A DNA stretch of 64,000 bases from Candidatus Poribacteria bacterium (GTDB lineage: Bacteria; Poribacteria; WGA-4E; WGA-3G), in NCBI GenBank assembly GCA_964291315.2, contig OZ219752.1:32001-96000 (forward strand). The letters are read 5' to 3'. The position numbers and the translations under genes are program-made. The notes beneath the pieces were generated by a model. That model worked only from the letters and a program-made list of their open reading frames with translations, was not told the origin of the DNA and searched no databases. Below are positions 8,202-17,906 of the stretch, piece after piece; the stretch's first letter is position 1, and each line of letters opens with the position of its first letter.

Positions 8202-8834
8202 CTATTGCAGACACCGTTGCACGATGTTTCGATAGGTATCCAAGGCCGGTGTGTCCAATCCTTTCACTTTTGCCAGATCATCGCATTCCCGTAAAACAAG
8301 CCCGTCCTCAAAATAGGGAATCTGTTCAAACGCCTCTCGTTCTTCCTCTGTCATAGTACCCCCTTGAAGCTCAAGACTCTTTTTTGAAGCGTTGGATAGT
8401 CCATCCCAATAAGAAGGAACAGTTGTACACAGGTACCTTTTTGCTGGAACATGCAGTCGGATCGGGGTTGTGACGGATTCTGGGAAAAAGGGTTCCAAGT
8501 ACTTCGCGCCAACCTCTTCATGATTCAGGTCGGTATTTAAGAAGGTGCCACGTGCATTGTGTTCGTCTAAAATTATATGTCCGATGTCGTGAAGCAATGC
8601 CCCCGTAATCAGTGTAGGGCTTGCCTCTCTCTGCTGCACAAGGGCAGCACATTGGAGGGCATGCTCTAGTTGTGTCACTACCTCATCATAGAAAGAGTGT
8701 CCATGCTTTTCCATGTACATGAAGAGTGTGTCAACTTTTTGCTCCGCTGTCCCGTGCCTCATTCCTTGTGCAAGCCGTGGGTCAACGTACTTTCCGATGT
8801 CGCTTGAAATCTGAAATGTATCATCAAAAGTCAT
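8202..8834 (-). CDS. HD-domain diiron oxygenase, PhnZ/TmpB-like
   Basis: TQLEHALQCA, LLHDIGH, HEEVGA, LHVPAKRYLC, SLELQGG and DDLAK motifs. Confidence 0.85.
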   Translation of the reverse strand: MTFDDTFQISSDIGKYVDPRLAQGMRHGTAEQKVDTLFMYMEKHGHSFYDEVVTQLEHALQCAALVQQREASPTLITGALLHDIGHIILDEHNARGTFLNTDLNHEEVGAKYLEPFFPESVTTPIRLHVPAKRYLCTTVPSYWDGLSNASKKSLELQGGTMTEEEREAFEQIPYFEDGLVLRECDDLAKVKGLDTPALDTYRNIVQRCLQ

Positions 8835-9612
8835 GGTTCACTACTTTTCCTTGAAAATGTGCTATTTTACTGATTTGTTTGTCTCGGTTTGAACTCTCTT
8901 TCGCGTATCCTGAAAAAGTCTGTCGCTTATCGGTGTAATACTGCTCCCGCCAGTCCCCTTGAGAACGGGCATTGTAAGTGAGATAGATAATGCGTCTGGG
9001 TTGGCATGAACAGTTTACTGAACTCTGGTGAGGCACATATGAACTGAATAGGAGGATGTCCCCCGGATCCGTTGGCACGGCGGTCCACGCCATTGCAGTG
9101 GCGACTTCAGGCGCGACGCAGCCCCTCTCATCCAAAGCAATGAATCCTTCCAGATGTCTACCAGATGAGAAATAGAGACACCCGCTTTCGGGAGTGGCTG
9201 CGTCTACAGAGATCAAACAGGTGATATGGTAGTTAACGAACTTGTAAGCAGGTGCGTCTTGATGGGCAGCGTAACCGCCTCCCCCCGGATATTTATAGTT
9301 AATCTTTTCTTTATAGAGGACAGCCGATTCACCCAGGAGTTCGGAAACCACATCTAGCACCTTACCTCTCGTCACGGTGGCTTTCATACCGGGGTGGTAT
9401 GGCACAAAATTTTCCGAACGGGAGAGCCGCGGTCCACTAGGTGTGGATTCATAATGATGCATCCACTTGTTATGTGTCGGTTTCCAACACGATATTTCAG
9501 ATACCCAAGCTAGCAAAGTACCCATCTCTTCCTCAGAGAAAAATCTTGGAATTTTCAGGTAGCCGTTCGTTTTCCAGTTTTGATGGAGCTTCGGATTGAG
9601 GTGCCCTGTCAT
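8824..9612 (-). CDS. PhyH-family Fe/2OG dioxygenase, PhnY-like
   Basis: KEKINYKYPGGGGYAAHQD and a distal His (VPHQS); overlaps the PhnZ-like gene. Start placed at MTGHL. Confidence 0.8.
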   Translation of the reverse strand: MTGHLNPKLHQNWKTNGYLKIPRFFSEEEMGTLLAWVSEISCWKPTHNKWMHHYESTPSGPRLSRSENFVPYHPGMKATVTRGKVLDVVSELLGESAVLYKEKINYKYPGGGGYAAHQDAPAYKFVNYHITCLISVDAATPESGCLYFSSGRHLEGFIALDERGCVAPEVATAMAWTAVPTDPGDILLFSSYVPHQSSVNCSCQPRRIIYLTYNARSQGDWREQYYTDKRQTFSGYAKESSNRDKQISKIAHFQGKVVNHDF

Positions 9613-9972
9613 AGAAATTTCCTCACAGAAGGTCTTTTTGCGTGCCAATATAACGTATAGGGAATCATTTGTCAAGTTTTAACGGTATTGGTGTGGTGAA
9701 CTTGCAAGGCACATGAACCGATATCCTCATGAGTAGGTGTGCAGCACTCGGCGGCGCTGAGCCGTTTCCGGGACTCTAGAAAAGCGCTAACGTTCAAAAA
9801 CAACGAAAATAGGTGAGCAAATGCCCGGGATGCTGCGCAGAATGCGAAGGTTTGCGGAACGCAATTTACACAGGGGATCTACTTAAGAAAACCCTTTTTC
9901 CGATCAAACATGCCTGAGACACTTCATACAGAACTAAACACTATAGCCACAGAGAGCCAGTAGAGGCGAAAA

Positions 9973-10854
9973 TCATACCACTTCTTTTTCAGATTCTGGG
10001 AAAGGCAAAACATCACGATAGACAGGTTCCATCTTTTCTGAGTAGGCATCTCCGCGAACCCACATGACAGGGCGAACTTTGTGCGCCTTCTTATGAGGGA
10101 CACGCTCTGAATCTGCCAAGATATAATGGGCAACATTACACCTCCGAAAGCGCGCGCTGTGGTTATGAGTGCTCTTGTGAAGCAGTGCATTGTTGAAGAA
10201 TATTACAGTTCCCGGCGGCACCTCAACGGCCACCCCATCTTCGTCTTTAGCACTGCGTACAATTTTAAACTCGTTCTGTTGTGATCCTTCAAGGTCCTCA
10301 TGCTGTTGAACGCCATATTTATGGCTACCGGGGATGACGTATAGACATCCATTATCTACATCTGCAGCATCAATAGCAGTCCACGTGCCAACAGTCTTAG
10401 TAGATATATACTGATGGTTAAAATACCATCTATCTTGATGCCATGGAAACCCTAAACCGATTTTCGGTGCCTTCCAGATATACAAATTATTGAGCCCTAA
10501 GATATTTGGACCAATTAAGTCAACAATCGGATCGGTTAGGCGCGGATCACGAGTGCGCGCTAGAAACTCTGGAGAATAGTGGTTTATATGATGAATGCTG
10601 TGCATCGCTTTGGGGCCGGATGCTTCAGTTTTCCCATCTCTGACTAAGGCGTTTTGCTGAACATTTGCAGCCGGAAAAGGACGTTTTCCAGTGGCAATGT
10701 CATCAGGAATTTGAGCTAAAACATCGTTTTCTTCTTTGGTAAAAACCTCGTAACGGATGAAGTAACCGTTCTCATCCCACGATAATCGTTCTTCCGGAGT
10801 TAGCTTAAACTTCCGTTCTTCAAGTGTTGCGTGTGTGTCCATTAATGTCCTCAT
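9973..10854 (-). CDS. Phytanoyl-CoA dioxygenase (PhyH) family protein
   Basis: PWHQD, NGCLYVIPGSH and LLHKS motifs. Confidence 0.9.
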   Translation of the reverse strand: MRTLMDTHATLEERKFKLTPEERLSWDENGYFIRYEVFTKEENDVLAQIPDDIATGKRPFPAANVQQNALVRDGKTEASGPKAMHSIHHINHYSPEFLARTRDPRLTDPIVDLIGPNILGLNNLYIWKAPKIGLGFPWHQDRWYFNHQYISTKTVGTWTAIDAADVDNGCLYVIPGSHKYGVQQHEDLEGSQQNEFKIVRSAKDEDGVAVEVPPGTVIFFNNALLHKSTHNHSARFRRCNVAHYILADSERVPHKKAHKVRPVMWVRGDAYSEKMEPVYRDVLPFPESEKEVV

Positions 10855-10863
10855 TGATAAGCT

Positions 10864-11080
10864 CTATTCGGGGTCTGTAATAGGCAAAACGTCCCTGTAG
10901 ACTTTCATCAGACAAAATTGGTTTTACCTCTAACCCACATGACAGGGCGTAATTTTGTGTTACCCTTTGTTGTAGACTTTCATCAGACAAAATTGGTTTT
11001 ACCTCTAACCCACATGACAGGGCGTAATTTTATGTTACCCTTTGTTGATGTGCGTTTCACTCTTGAACTCATGTAATGTC
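10864..11080 (-). pseudogene. 3' remnant of a paralogous PhyH gene
   Basis: Fragments HYMSSRVKRTSTKGNIKLRPVMWVRGKT and VYRDVLPITDPE match the C-terminus of the adjacent PhyH (RPVMWVRG...VYRDVLP); interrupted by stops. Confidence 0.7.
10896..11047. repeat. 75-bp tandem duplication
   Basis: Copies begin at 10896 and 10971, with one mismatch. Confidence 0.9.
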
Positions 11081-11105
11081 AGGTACGGTATCCGCGTTCC
11101 GTTCA

Positions 11106-11969
11106 TTACCCCTTTTGCCCCAGCCGCCGCTTTACTTTTTGGAAATCAGATGAATCGCTCCGTAACCCTGACTTTGGAGTCAAACTGTTGATATGAGATT
11201 GTGCGTTCATAATCCGCTCACTATGCACTGGATGTGTTGAAATCAATTGTTCTAGAGCAGAAGGCTCTCTCTTCTCTAAGTCGCGTAAAGTCTGAAAGAA
11301 CTGAATTGCCCCCTCTGGCGAGATACCTGCATCATAGATATTCCGAATGCCGTAAAAATCCGACTCACGCTCATTGTCGCGACTGTACCTAAAAAGCAAA
11401 CCTGCAGCGAGAATTTCTGTAATTATCTTCTTAGTCTTACCAGAGTCTTTATCTAAAATTAGCTGTTTTATGATTTCAACGCCGTAAGCTTGTGTGAGGC
11501 GTTTCATGGAGTGCCGGCCAACAATATGCCCAATTTCGTGACCAAGTACGAACGCTAACTCGGCCTCGGTTTTTGCCATCCGGATGAGATCCAAGTGAAC
11601 GTATATAAAACCGCCGGGGACAGCGTAGGCGTTAACGCCGCTCTTATCCACTACCTTAAACGTGTAATGCATATCGCTCCGAGCACTGTATCGGACGAGC
11701 AACTGTCCAAGTGCGTTGATATAGTTCGTCACAACCGAATCAGTGTAAAGTTCTACCGTTTTTTCATGCTGCTCAACATAGGTCCTGCCAAATTGCACCT
11801 CCTCTGCATCCGTGAAGATGTTGACATTACTGAATGCTTCTATCAGCGCATTGCCCGTGCTTTCAAAGGTATTGCCGCCGGCACATCCCGTGTGAAAAAC
11901 AAGCACTGATAGAGCAATAGACAACAATGTTGATCTTGTAAAAAAATAAAAAAAAGTGGATTGGTTCAT
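11106..11969 (-). CDS. M48 family metallopeptidase (probable lipoprotein)
   Basis: NAYAVPGG, HEIGH, YSRDNERESD and STHP motifs. Confidence 0.9.
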   Translation of the reverse strand: MNQSTFFYFFTRSTLLSIALSVLVFHTGCAGGNTFESTGNALIEAFSNVNIFTDAEEVQFGRTYVEQHEKTVELYTDSVVTNYINALGQLLVRYSARSDMHYTFKVVDKSGVNAYAVPGGFIYVHLDLIRMAKTEAELAFVLGHEIGHIVGRHSMKRLTQAYGVEIIKQLILDKDSGKTKKIITEILAAGLLFRYSRDNERESDFYGIRNIYDAGISPEGAIQFFQTLRDLEKREPSALEQLISTHPVHSERIMNAQSHINSLTPKSGLRSDSSDFQKVKRRLGQKG

Positions 11970-12014
11970 AAGACAGTCTGTAGCTGCCAGCGGGCAACTA
12001 CAGACATTGATAGG

Positions 12015-12668
12015 TTACATCGAAAAATTGCCAACAAATACATTGTTCACTGCTTCACCTTGTTGCCATACAATAGGAAGGACGGAGTCTTTATACCGGT
12101 AGACTTCAGATTTGCCGACAATAGCGTTCTGAATTGCAGTCAGTGGCTTATACCAGATTTGATGTGGCTGTGTGCAATTCACGCACGGATAGCGGTTAGC
12201 AGATAAGGTGAGGACTTCACCGACTGTTACATCGTACTTGGTGCCCTCTTTCGAGAACTCAATGTCAGCGATTTGTGTCGCAACGACTTCACCCAAAACG
12301 TCGGCGTGTTTTATTCTCAGCAGTGCGCCCAGGGCAGTACGCTGTTCTATTGTTGTGCTTGGATCCATGTACAACACGCTCTTACGGGGCTCGGTATCAA
12401 TTGCCAGATTGCTTTTTGCACTGATGACAGCAACGACGGTTAAGCCGTCAAGCGAAACGTCGTTCCAACTTCCGTGCTGGATGTTCCAGACAAGGGTAGC
12501 CTCTTTGCCACCCTCCACGAATTCCGCACCGTAGTGGCATGCTCCAACATAAACGCTCGCGGATCTCGCTTCTATGTACTCACCTTGCACGATCCGGGTT
12601 TCAGTCGCAAAGGCGAAACCGGCTATCAAGATCAGTGTGAGTGCTGTAAAAACAGAGAAACCTCTCAT
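12015..12668 (-). CDS. Secreted DUF1326-like protein
   Basis: GEYIEARSASVYVGACH...WNIQHGSWNDVSLDGL; signal peptide. Confidence 0.6.
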   Translation of the reverse strand: MRGFSVFTALTLILIAGFAFATETRIVQGEYIEARSASVYVGACHYGAEFVEGGKEATLVWNIQHGSWNDVSLDGLTVVAVISAKSNLAIDTEPRKSVLYMDPSTTIEQRTALGALLRIKHADVLGEVVATQIADIEFSKEGTKYDVTVGEVLTLSANRYPCVNCTQPHQIWYKPLTAIQNAIVGKSEVYRYKDSVLPIVWQQGEAVNNVFVGNFSM

Positions 12669-12839
12669 TTTTATATCTCCCTTTTATTTTCAGATTTGCC
12701 TTAATAGACGTAATTATAACACAATTATACCGTAAAGTGATAAAAAGAACAACCTTTTTAAGTTTTCAGCAGAGCCCTTTAGTTCTCGTGAACGAATTGC
12801 CCTATTACATGTCTGAAAATCCAAAGTATACCTACACCT

Positions 12840-13322
12840 CTATTGTTTCTTGTTGAATTCATTCTTTTCTCTCATCCGTCTCTTCGTGAACAGAAAAATT
12901 GAGAATGTTATAATACCGCAAAAAAGCAGAGCAAAGACAACACTAAAGCTTGGCAATAGATCTGCAATATTATTTTTTCGGTGCATCTTGAGTGCGACGA
13001 AATGAGCACCGCCGTTAACAATTGTAACGGGTTTACCGAGCCTGGTACTGTATCCGTCTTTGTAGATGCTGATCAGGTACCTCCCTTTGGGAATACCGGC
13101 GTGCTCAAACCATCCATTAGCGTCAGTTGTTGTTATAAATTCCGTACCGTCTGCGGCGCGTATTACGACTTTAACATCTTGAATTGGATTCGACATATCT
13201 GTTGTATCAGTAATTCGTCCACTAACAGTACCTCCGCGATTTGTCCAATTGTCTTGTGTAAAGACAATCCCGGCAGGTATAATTGTCCACATGACAAAAA
13301 TTAGCAAATTTAAACGGATCAT
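12840..13322 (-). CDS. Carboxypeptidase-regulatory-like domain membrane protein
   Basis: GTVSGRITD...TTTDANGWF...GRYLISIYKDGY, with a C-terminal TM and basic tail. Confidence 0.75.
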   Translation of the reverse strand: MIRLNLLIFVMWTIIPAGIVFTQDNWTNRGGTVSGRITDTTDMSNPIQDVKVVIRAADGTEFITTTDANGWFEHAGIPKGRYLISIYKDGYSTRLGKPVTIVNGGAHFVALKMHRKNNIADLLPSFSVVFALLFCGIITFSIFLFTKRRMREKNEFNKKQ

Positions 13323-13373
13323 TACTTTAGCTCTCCTCTCTTATATCTGGTGTGATTGGAGACTGAGGTGGGG

Positions 13374-14222
13374 CTATTTCCAAGCGTTGGATAGCAATCG
13401 CCGGAGGGTGCCACCTAAGATTTCTGCTTTGTCAGTTTCTGGAATAAACGGGCAGTGCGTCCGGAATACCTCAAGGGCATGCTGATACGTCATAAATTTA
13501 CGAACGACCGGATAGTCAGATCCCCAACAGAGACGACCGGGGCCGAAGTGTTCATAGAGAGCGCGCACAATCCAGTGTGTGTCGGAATGTGGATAGTCCC
13601 ACGGAATTTGTGAGACATAGGCGAAGCCTGACATCTTGATGTGAATATTCGGCACATCTGCAGAAGCAAGTACCTGTTTGAGATGTGGATACGGATGCGA
13701 TTCACCCGCACAAGCACCGCCCATGTGATGGCATAGAATAGGGACAGTTGGAAACTGTGCTGCGATTCTCCGGAGCGCCTCATGCTGATGACTCCCCATA
13801 GCAATACTAGCGATTAAACCGAGATCGGCAGTTGTTTGAAAGAAACGTTGCCCCTCCTCAGAAAAAAACCACGTTCCATCGTCCTCGCCTCTGAGGTAGT
13901 GCGTGTAACCTTTAAGCGTGTACGTTTCCGCAGCAATTTTTAGCCGATCCGCTGCGCCATCTGTGTGATATGTCTCTGTCCACGAGCAATCTACATCCGC
14001 AAATTGGATTAACCGATCCGGGTAACGCTTGACGCAGGCTGCGACGTAATCGTTGTTCTCTGGATTCCTGTCGATGCGGGCACAAATAAGCACTGCCTTA
14101 TCTACACCGTTCAGATCCATTTCGTGGAGAAGCTGTTCGACGTTACCTCGACTTTCATCATCTGGAACTGGAGGTTGATAGGGCCACCGGGGCCAGGCAT
14201 GTGTATGTGAGTCAATTATCAT
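13374..14222 (-). CDS. Amidohydrolase_2 family protein
   Basis: IIDSHTH, HHMG and WGSDYP motifs. Confidence 0.9.
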   Translation of the reverse strand: MIIDSHTHAWPRWPYQPPVPDDESRGNVEQLLHEMDLNGVDKAVLICARIDRNPENNDYVAACVKRYPDRLIQFADVDCSWTETYHTDGAADRLKIAAETYTLKGYTHYLRGEDDGTWFFSEEGQRFFQTTADLGLIASIAMGSHQHEALRRIAAQFPTVPILCHHMGGACAGESHPYPHLKQVLASADVPNIHIKMSGFAYVSQIPWDYPHSDTHWIVRALYEHFGPGRLCWGSDYPVVRKFMTYQHALEVFRTHCPFIPETDKAEILGGTLRRLLSNAWK

Positions 14223-14307
14223 TCTTTCCTCCTAAGCAGAGACAGATTGATTAGTGAAAAATGTCAAATCTCAATCCCAAAACGACTGATTGCGTTAGTT
14301 TTTATAT

Positions 14308-15864
14308 CTACCCTTCCAATCCGAGCATCAAAACGCCTAACTCTTGCTTGTTTGTCTCGCTTGGTTTCACAATACCGACAATTTTACCATCGTACATCAC
14401 CGCAATCCTGTCGCTAAGGCGGATCAGTTCATCTATTTCAGATGAAACCAATAAAACGGCTTTGCCTCGGTTGCGTGCATGCATCAGCCGCGAGTGGACA
14501 AATCTTGCTGCGTGAATATCCAAGCCACGTGTTGGATGCGCGGCGATAATAAGTTCAGGGGCGCTCTCCAATTCTCGGGCGACAACAACCTTTTGCTGAT
14601 TCCCCCCAGAGAGTGTTTTGATGGAATGCGCGATGTCTCCGGCCTGAATTTGATATGTATCCAGGGCGTTCAGCGTAGCCTGCCGAATAGACTTTCGCTG
14701 GAGGAAGCCATGGCGGCAGTAACGTCTATTTTTGTGATGACCGACAATGAAGTTATTGTCAATCCGGTCATTTAAGCTAATGCCGTGCCGGTGTCTATCA
14801 GCAGGTATGTGGGCGACCCGATCACCGTTTAAGGTAAGGCACCCGCTATGAACGTGTCGTAAACCGGTCAAAACTTCAACAAGTTCAGTCTGTCCATTTC
14901 CTTCGATCCCCGCTATCCCAACGATCTCACCGGGGAACACTTCAAGATCGATCGCATTGAGGAGGGGCTTGTTCAACTGACCTGGATTCGGCGAGCGTGT
15001 TTTGCGGGCCCACCCGTTGAAAAATTGCGCAAATTCCGTTTTAGTATCTGAATCTGCAGAAAGTGTAACTTTTTCTAAACGGAGCATCGGTGTCGTCTTT
15101 TTGATCTGCTCCCGCTTTAGAATGTTTGACAAGGCAGGTTCACCGAGCATCATTTCTGCTAAAGCTGTGGGGTTGGTATCCGAAATAGGAGACGTAGAGA
15201 CAGAACGCCCGCGCCGCATTACTGTCACCGTGTCTGCTATCGCCATCACTTCATCGAGTTTGTGGGTTATAATAATAAGACTGTTTCCCTTATTTTTTAG
15301 GATGCGCATGCAGTTAAAAAGCCCCTCGATTTCTTGTGGCGCAAGCACGGCTGTCGGTTCATCCATAATTAGGATATCCGCGCCGTGGTAGAGGACTTTC
15401 AGGATTTCGGTGTGTTGTTGCGCCCCAATAGGCAAAGATTCGACAGGCGTGCTCAGAGGCACATCAAAACCGAGCTGCATTGTGAGTGCTGTTATCTGTT
15501 CTCTCGCTTGCTGGTAATCGAGCAACGCGCCGAATTTACGAGGTTCTTTAGCAAGGACAACGTTTTGAAGTGCGGTGAAAATAGGGATCAGGGTGAAGTG
15601 TTGCTGCACCATTCCGAGGCCGAGTCGCATGGCTCGCCGTGGAGAGGAAATGGTCACAGAACGGGCATCAACGAAAATCTCACCTGCATCAGGTTGATAC
15701 AAACCGTAGAGAATCTTCATCAAGGTAGATTTACCGGCCCCGTTCTCACCGACAATGGCATGAATTTCACCCCGTCGGAGCGTGAAATTCACATCGACAT
15801 TCGCCTGTACTTTTCCAAACCGCTTATTGATGCCTTGCATCTCAATAATAGGTGGATGTACCAT
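14308..15864 (-). CDS. Sugar/nucleoside ABC transporter ATP-binding protein (two ABC domains)
   Basis: GENGAGKST, DEPTAVL and LSGGNQQKV motifs. Confidence 0.92.
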   Translation of the reverse strand: MVHPPIIEMQGINKRFGKVQANVDVNFTLRRGEIHAIVGENGAGKSTLMKILYGLYQPDAGEIFVDARSVTISSPRRAMRLGLGMVQQHFTLIPIFTALQNVVLAKEPRKFGALLDYQQAREQITALTMQLGFDVPLSTPVESLPIGAQQHTEILKVLYHGADILIMDEPTAVLAPQEIEGLFNCMRILKNKGNSLIIITHKLDEVMAIADTVTVMRRGRSVSTSPISDTNPTALAEMMLGEPALSNILKREQIKKTTPMLRLEKVTLSADSDTKTEFAQFFNGWARKTRSPNPGQLNKPLLNAIDLEVFPGEIVGIAGIEGNGQTELVEVLTGLRHVHSGCLTLNGDRVAHIPADRHRHGISLNDRIDNNFIVGHHKNRRYCRHGFLQRKSIRQATLNALDTYQIQAGDIAHSIKTLSGGNQQKVVVARELESAPELIIAAHPTRGLDIHAARFVHSRLMHARNRGKAVLLVSSEIDELIRLSDRIAVMYDGKIVGIVKPSETNKQELGVLMLGLEG

Positions 15865-15866
15865 AT

Positions 15867-16844
15867 CTACTGCAGCTCGTGTGGGACGACGATGTCGCCC
15901 GCTATAATTTTCGCTTTAAATGCTTCAACTTGTTCCAGAATTTTGTCCGGGAGCAGCGAACGATTAACGTCATCGATGATATATTCAACACCGCCCTCTT
16001 TAAGTCCGTAATCTTTTAGACCGCCCGAAAAATTACCTGCTTGGACGCTCTTTATGGTCTCATAGACCGATATTTCCACACCTTTGATGACGCTCGTGAG
16101 AACCAAACCGGGTGCAAGGTTGTTCCCATTAGAATCAACCCAAATAATAAATTTCTGCGCTGTTTTTGCGGCTTCAAGGACACCTAGACCACTGGCACCA
16201 GCGGCAGCAAGGATAATATCCACACCGCGGTTATACTGTGCCAATGCGATTTCTTTGCCCCTTGTGGGATCGTTGAACGCTTGCGGGGTAACACCGATGT
16301 AGTCTGCCACAAATTCAACCTCCGGGTTTGTCGCTTTAATACCAGCCCGGTAGCCAACCTCAAAAGCCTCAACGAGCGGCACCTTCATTCCACCGACAAA
16401 ACCGATCCGCCTTGTTTCTGTTTTCAACGCTGCAATGACACCAGCCAAGAACATCCCCTCATGTGCTCGGTAAGTAAGAGATGCAACATTAGGTTGCTCT
16501 ATGATTGCGTCAATAAGTGCGAACTTGACATCCAGAAAATCACCGGCTACGCGTTTCATCGGCTCTTGAAAAAGAAAACCCACCCCTATGATAAGGTCGT
16601 ATTTAAGTTTTGCAAGCCTGCGGAGGGTCAATTCGGTATCTGTACTCTGACTTGGCGTAACCTCTGTGAGCTTGAACCCCCATTCGTCTTTCGCTTTTTT
16701 GGCCCCGGCGTAGGCAGCGTCACAAAATGAGAGATCCCCACGTCCCGTCACATCATAGATAAGCCCCACTTTTATCGATGCAAATGCTGTCTCTATTCTG
16801 ATAAAACACGCTATAAAGAGCAGGATTAAAATTCGTATGTGCAC
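15867..16844 (-). CDS. BMP/PnrA-family ABC substrate-binding protein
   Basis: GDLSFCDAAYAG, IGFVGG and AAGASGLG motifs. Confidence 0.9.
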   Translation of the reverse strand: MHIRILILLFIACFIRIETAFASIKVGLIYDVTGRGDLSFCDAAYAGAKKAKDEWGFKLTEVTPSQSTDTELTLRRLAKLKYDLIIGVGFLFQEPMKRVAGDFLDVKFALIDAIIEQPNVASLTYRAHEGMFLAGVIAALKTETRRIGFVGGMKVPLVEAFEVGYRAGIKATNPEVEFVADYIGVTPQAFNDPTRGKEIALAQYNRGVDIILAAAGASGLGVLEAAKTAQKFIIWVDSNGNNLAPGLVLTSVIKGVEISVYETIKSVQAGNFSGGLKDYGLKEGGVEYIIDDVNRSLLPDKILEQVEAFKAKIIAGDIVVPHELQ

Positions 16845-17186
16845 AATATTTTCCTTTCGATTTCATCATTTTTGCGTAAATAGAGATCAAGCGTTCCAAC
16901 ACTATTATCATACGCGATTGTGTGTTTAAAAGCAAGTAGTATTTGACTACTAGTGGCCAGCAGTTAGTGGTTAGTGATCAACTTATTAGGAGATGCTTCC
17001 TAAAACGAGCATCCTGATTCAGAGATCCTTCTTACCGAAGATCCCAATCTTCCTATATCTTAAGAGAAAAATATTGCTTTTTTTCTTCTTTAACGTTATT
17101 CTAATGTATAGTCTCTTCGCTATTGTCGTAATAGCGAGGTATATTAACAATATCTAAACTATCTTGACGAAAAATGGAGGAGAATT

Positions 17187-17870
17187 ATGAAAATAGCTAT
17201 GAGATCACTGAAACCAACCACTTTGGGTTTTATTCTGTTTTTTGGTACGGTAATTTCATTATCCGCATTCGCCGGCACGCAATTGTGGGAATTTGAGGAA
17301 AAAGACGATGATTGGGAAGTTGCGAATGGAAATTGGGCAATTAAAGACGGTATCTACCAACTCGAAAAAGGTGGAAAAGCAGAACATGCTCTTGTTGGTG
17401 AAGAGGAATGGGGTGATTACACCGTTGAGGCGAAGATTCGGATAGATGAAGGCAGCTGGGCGGGTTTGATCTTCCGGGCACAAAGCGAGATGGAATACTA
17501 CGTCTACTATCTCAACACTCAAAACAACAAATCCGAGCTTTGGCGGCACAGCAAGGGGGCATGGGATACGCGGAATGCCGTTAACAGCGATATTCCAGCC
17601 ACCAAAGAGGTAAAGATAGGAAATGAAGAATGGTATGATGTCAAAGTTACCGTTGAAGGCGATATCTTCAAACTTCATATCAACGGTGAACTTCAAAGTG
17701 AAGAGTCAGACGGCACCTATAAAACAGGCATGATCGGCGTGTGGGGATGGGAAACAGGAGCAAGCTTTGATGATGTCATGATTACCGGTGATAATGTCAT
17801 AGATACGCTCGACGTTGAACCGAATCAGAAGCTTGCAACAACATGGGGGCGCCTCAAACGGGCCTTTTAG
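17187..17870 (+). CDS. Secreted DUF1080/concanavalin-like protein with WG-K C-terminal tail
   Basis: DYTVEAKI...AGLIFR...GMIGVW...FDDV; ends DVEPNQKLATTWGRLKRAF. Confidence 0.8.
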   Translation: MKIAMRSLKPTTLGFILFFGTVISLSAFAGTQLWEFEEKDDDWEVANGNWAIKDGIYQLEKGGKAEHALVGEEEWGDYTVEAKIRIDEGSWAGLIFRAQSEMEYYVYYLNTQNNKSELWRHSKGAWDTRNAVNSDIPATKEVKIGNEEWYDVKVTVEGDIFKLHINGELQSEESDGTYKTGMIGVWGWETGASFDDVMITGDNVIDTLDVEPNQKLATTWGRLKRAF

Positions 17871-17906
17871 GTAGGACCCCTATCCTATTATACGGACAAA
17901 TAGCAA

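Noticed and set aside
14308-16844. ABC ATPase and BMP protein without permeases
   Set aside because: Permeases are probably encoded elsewhere, and split operons are common.
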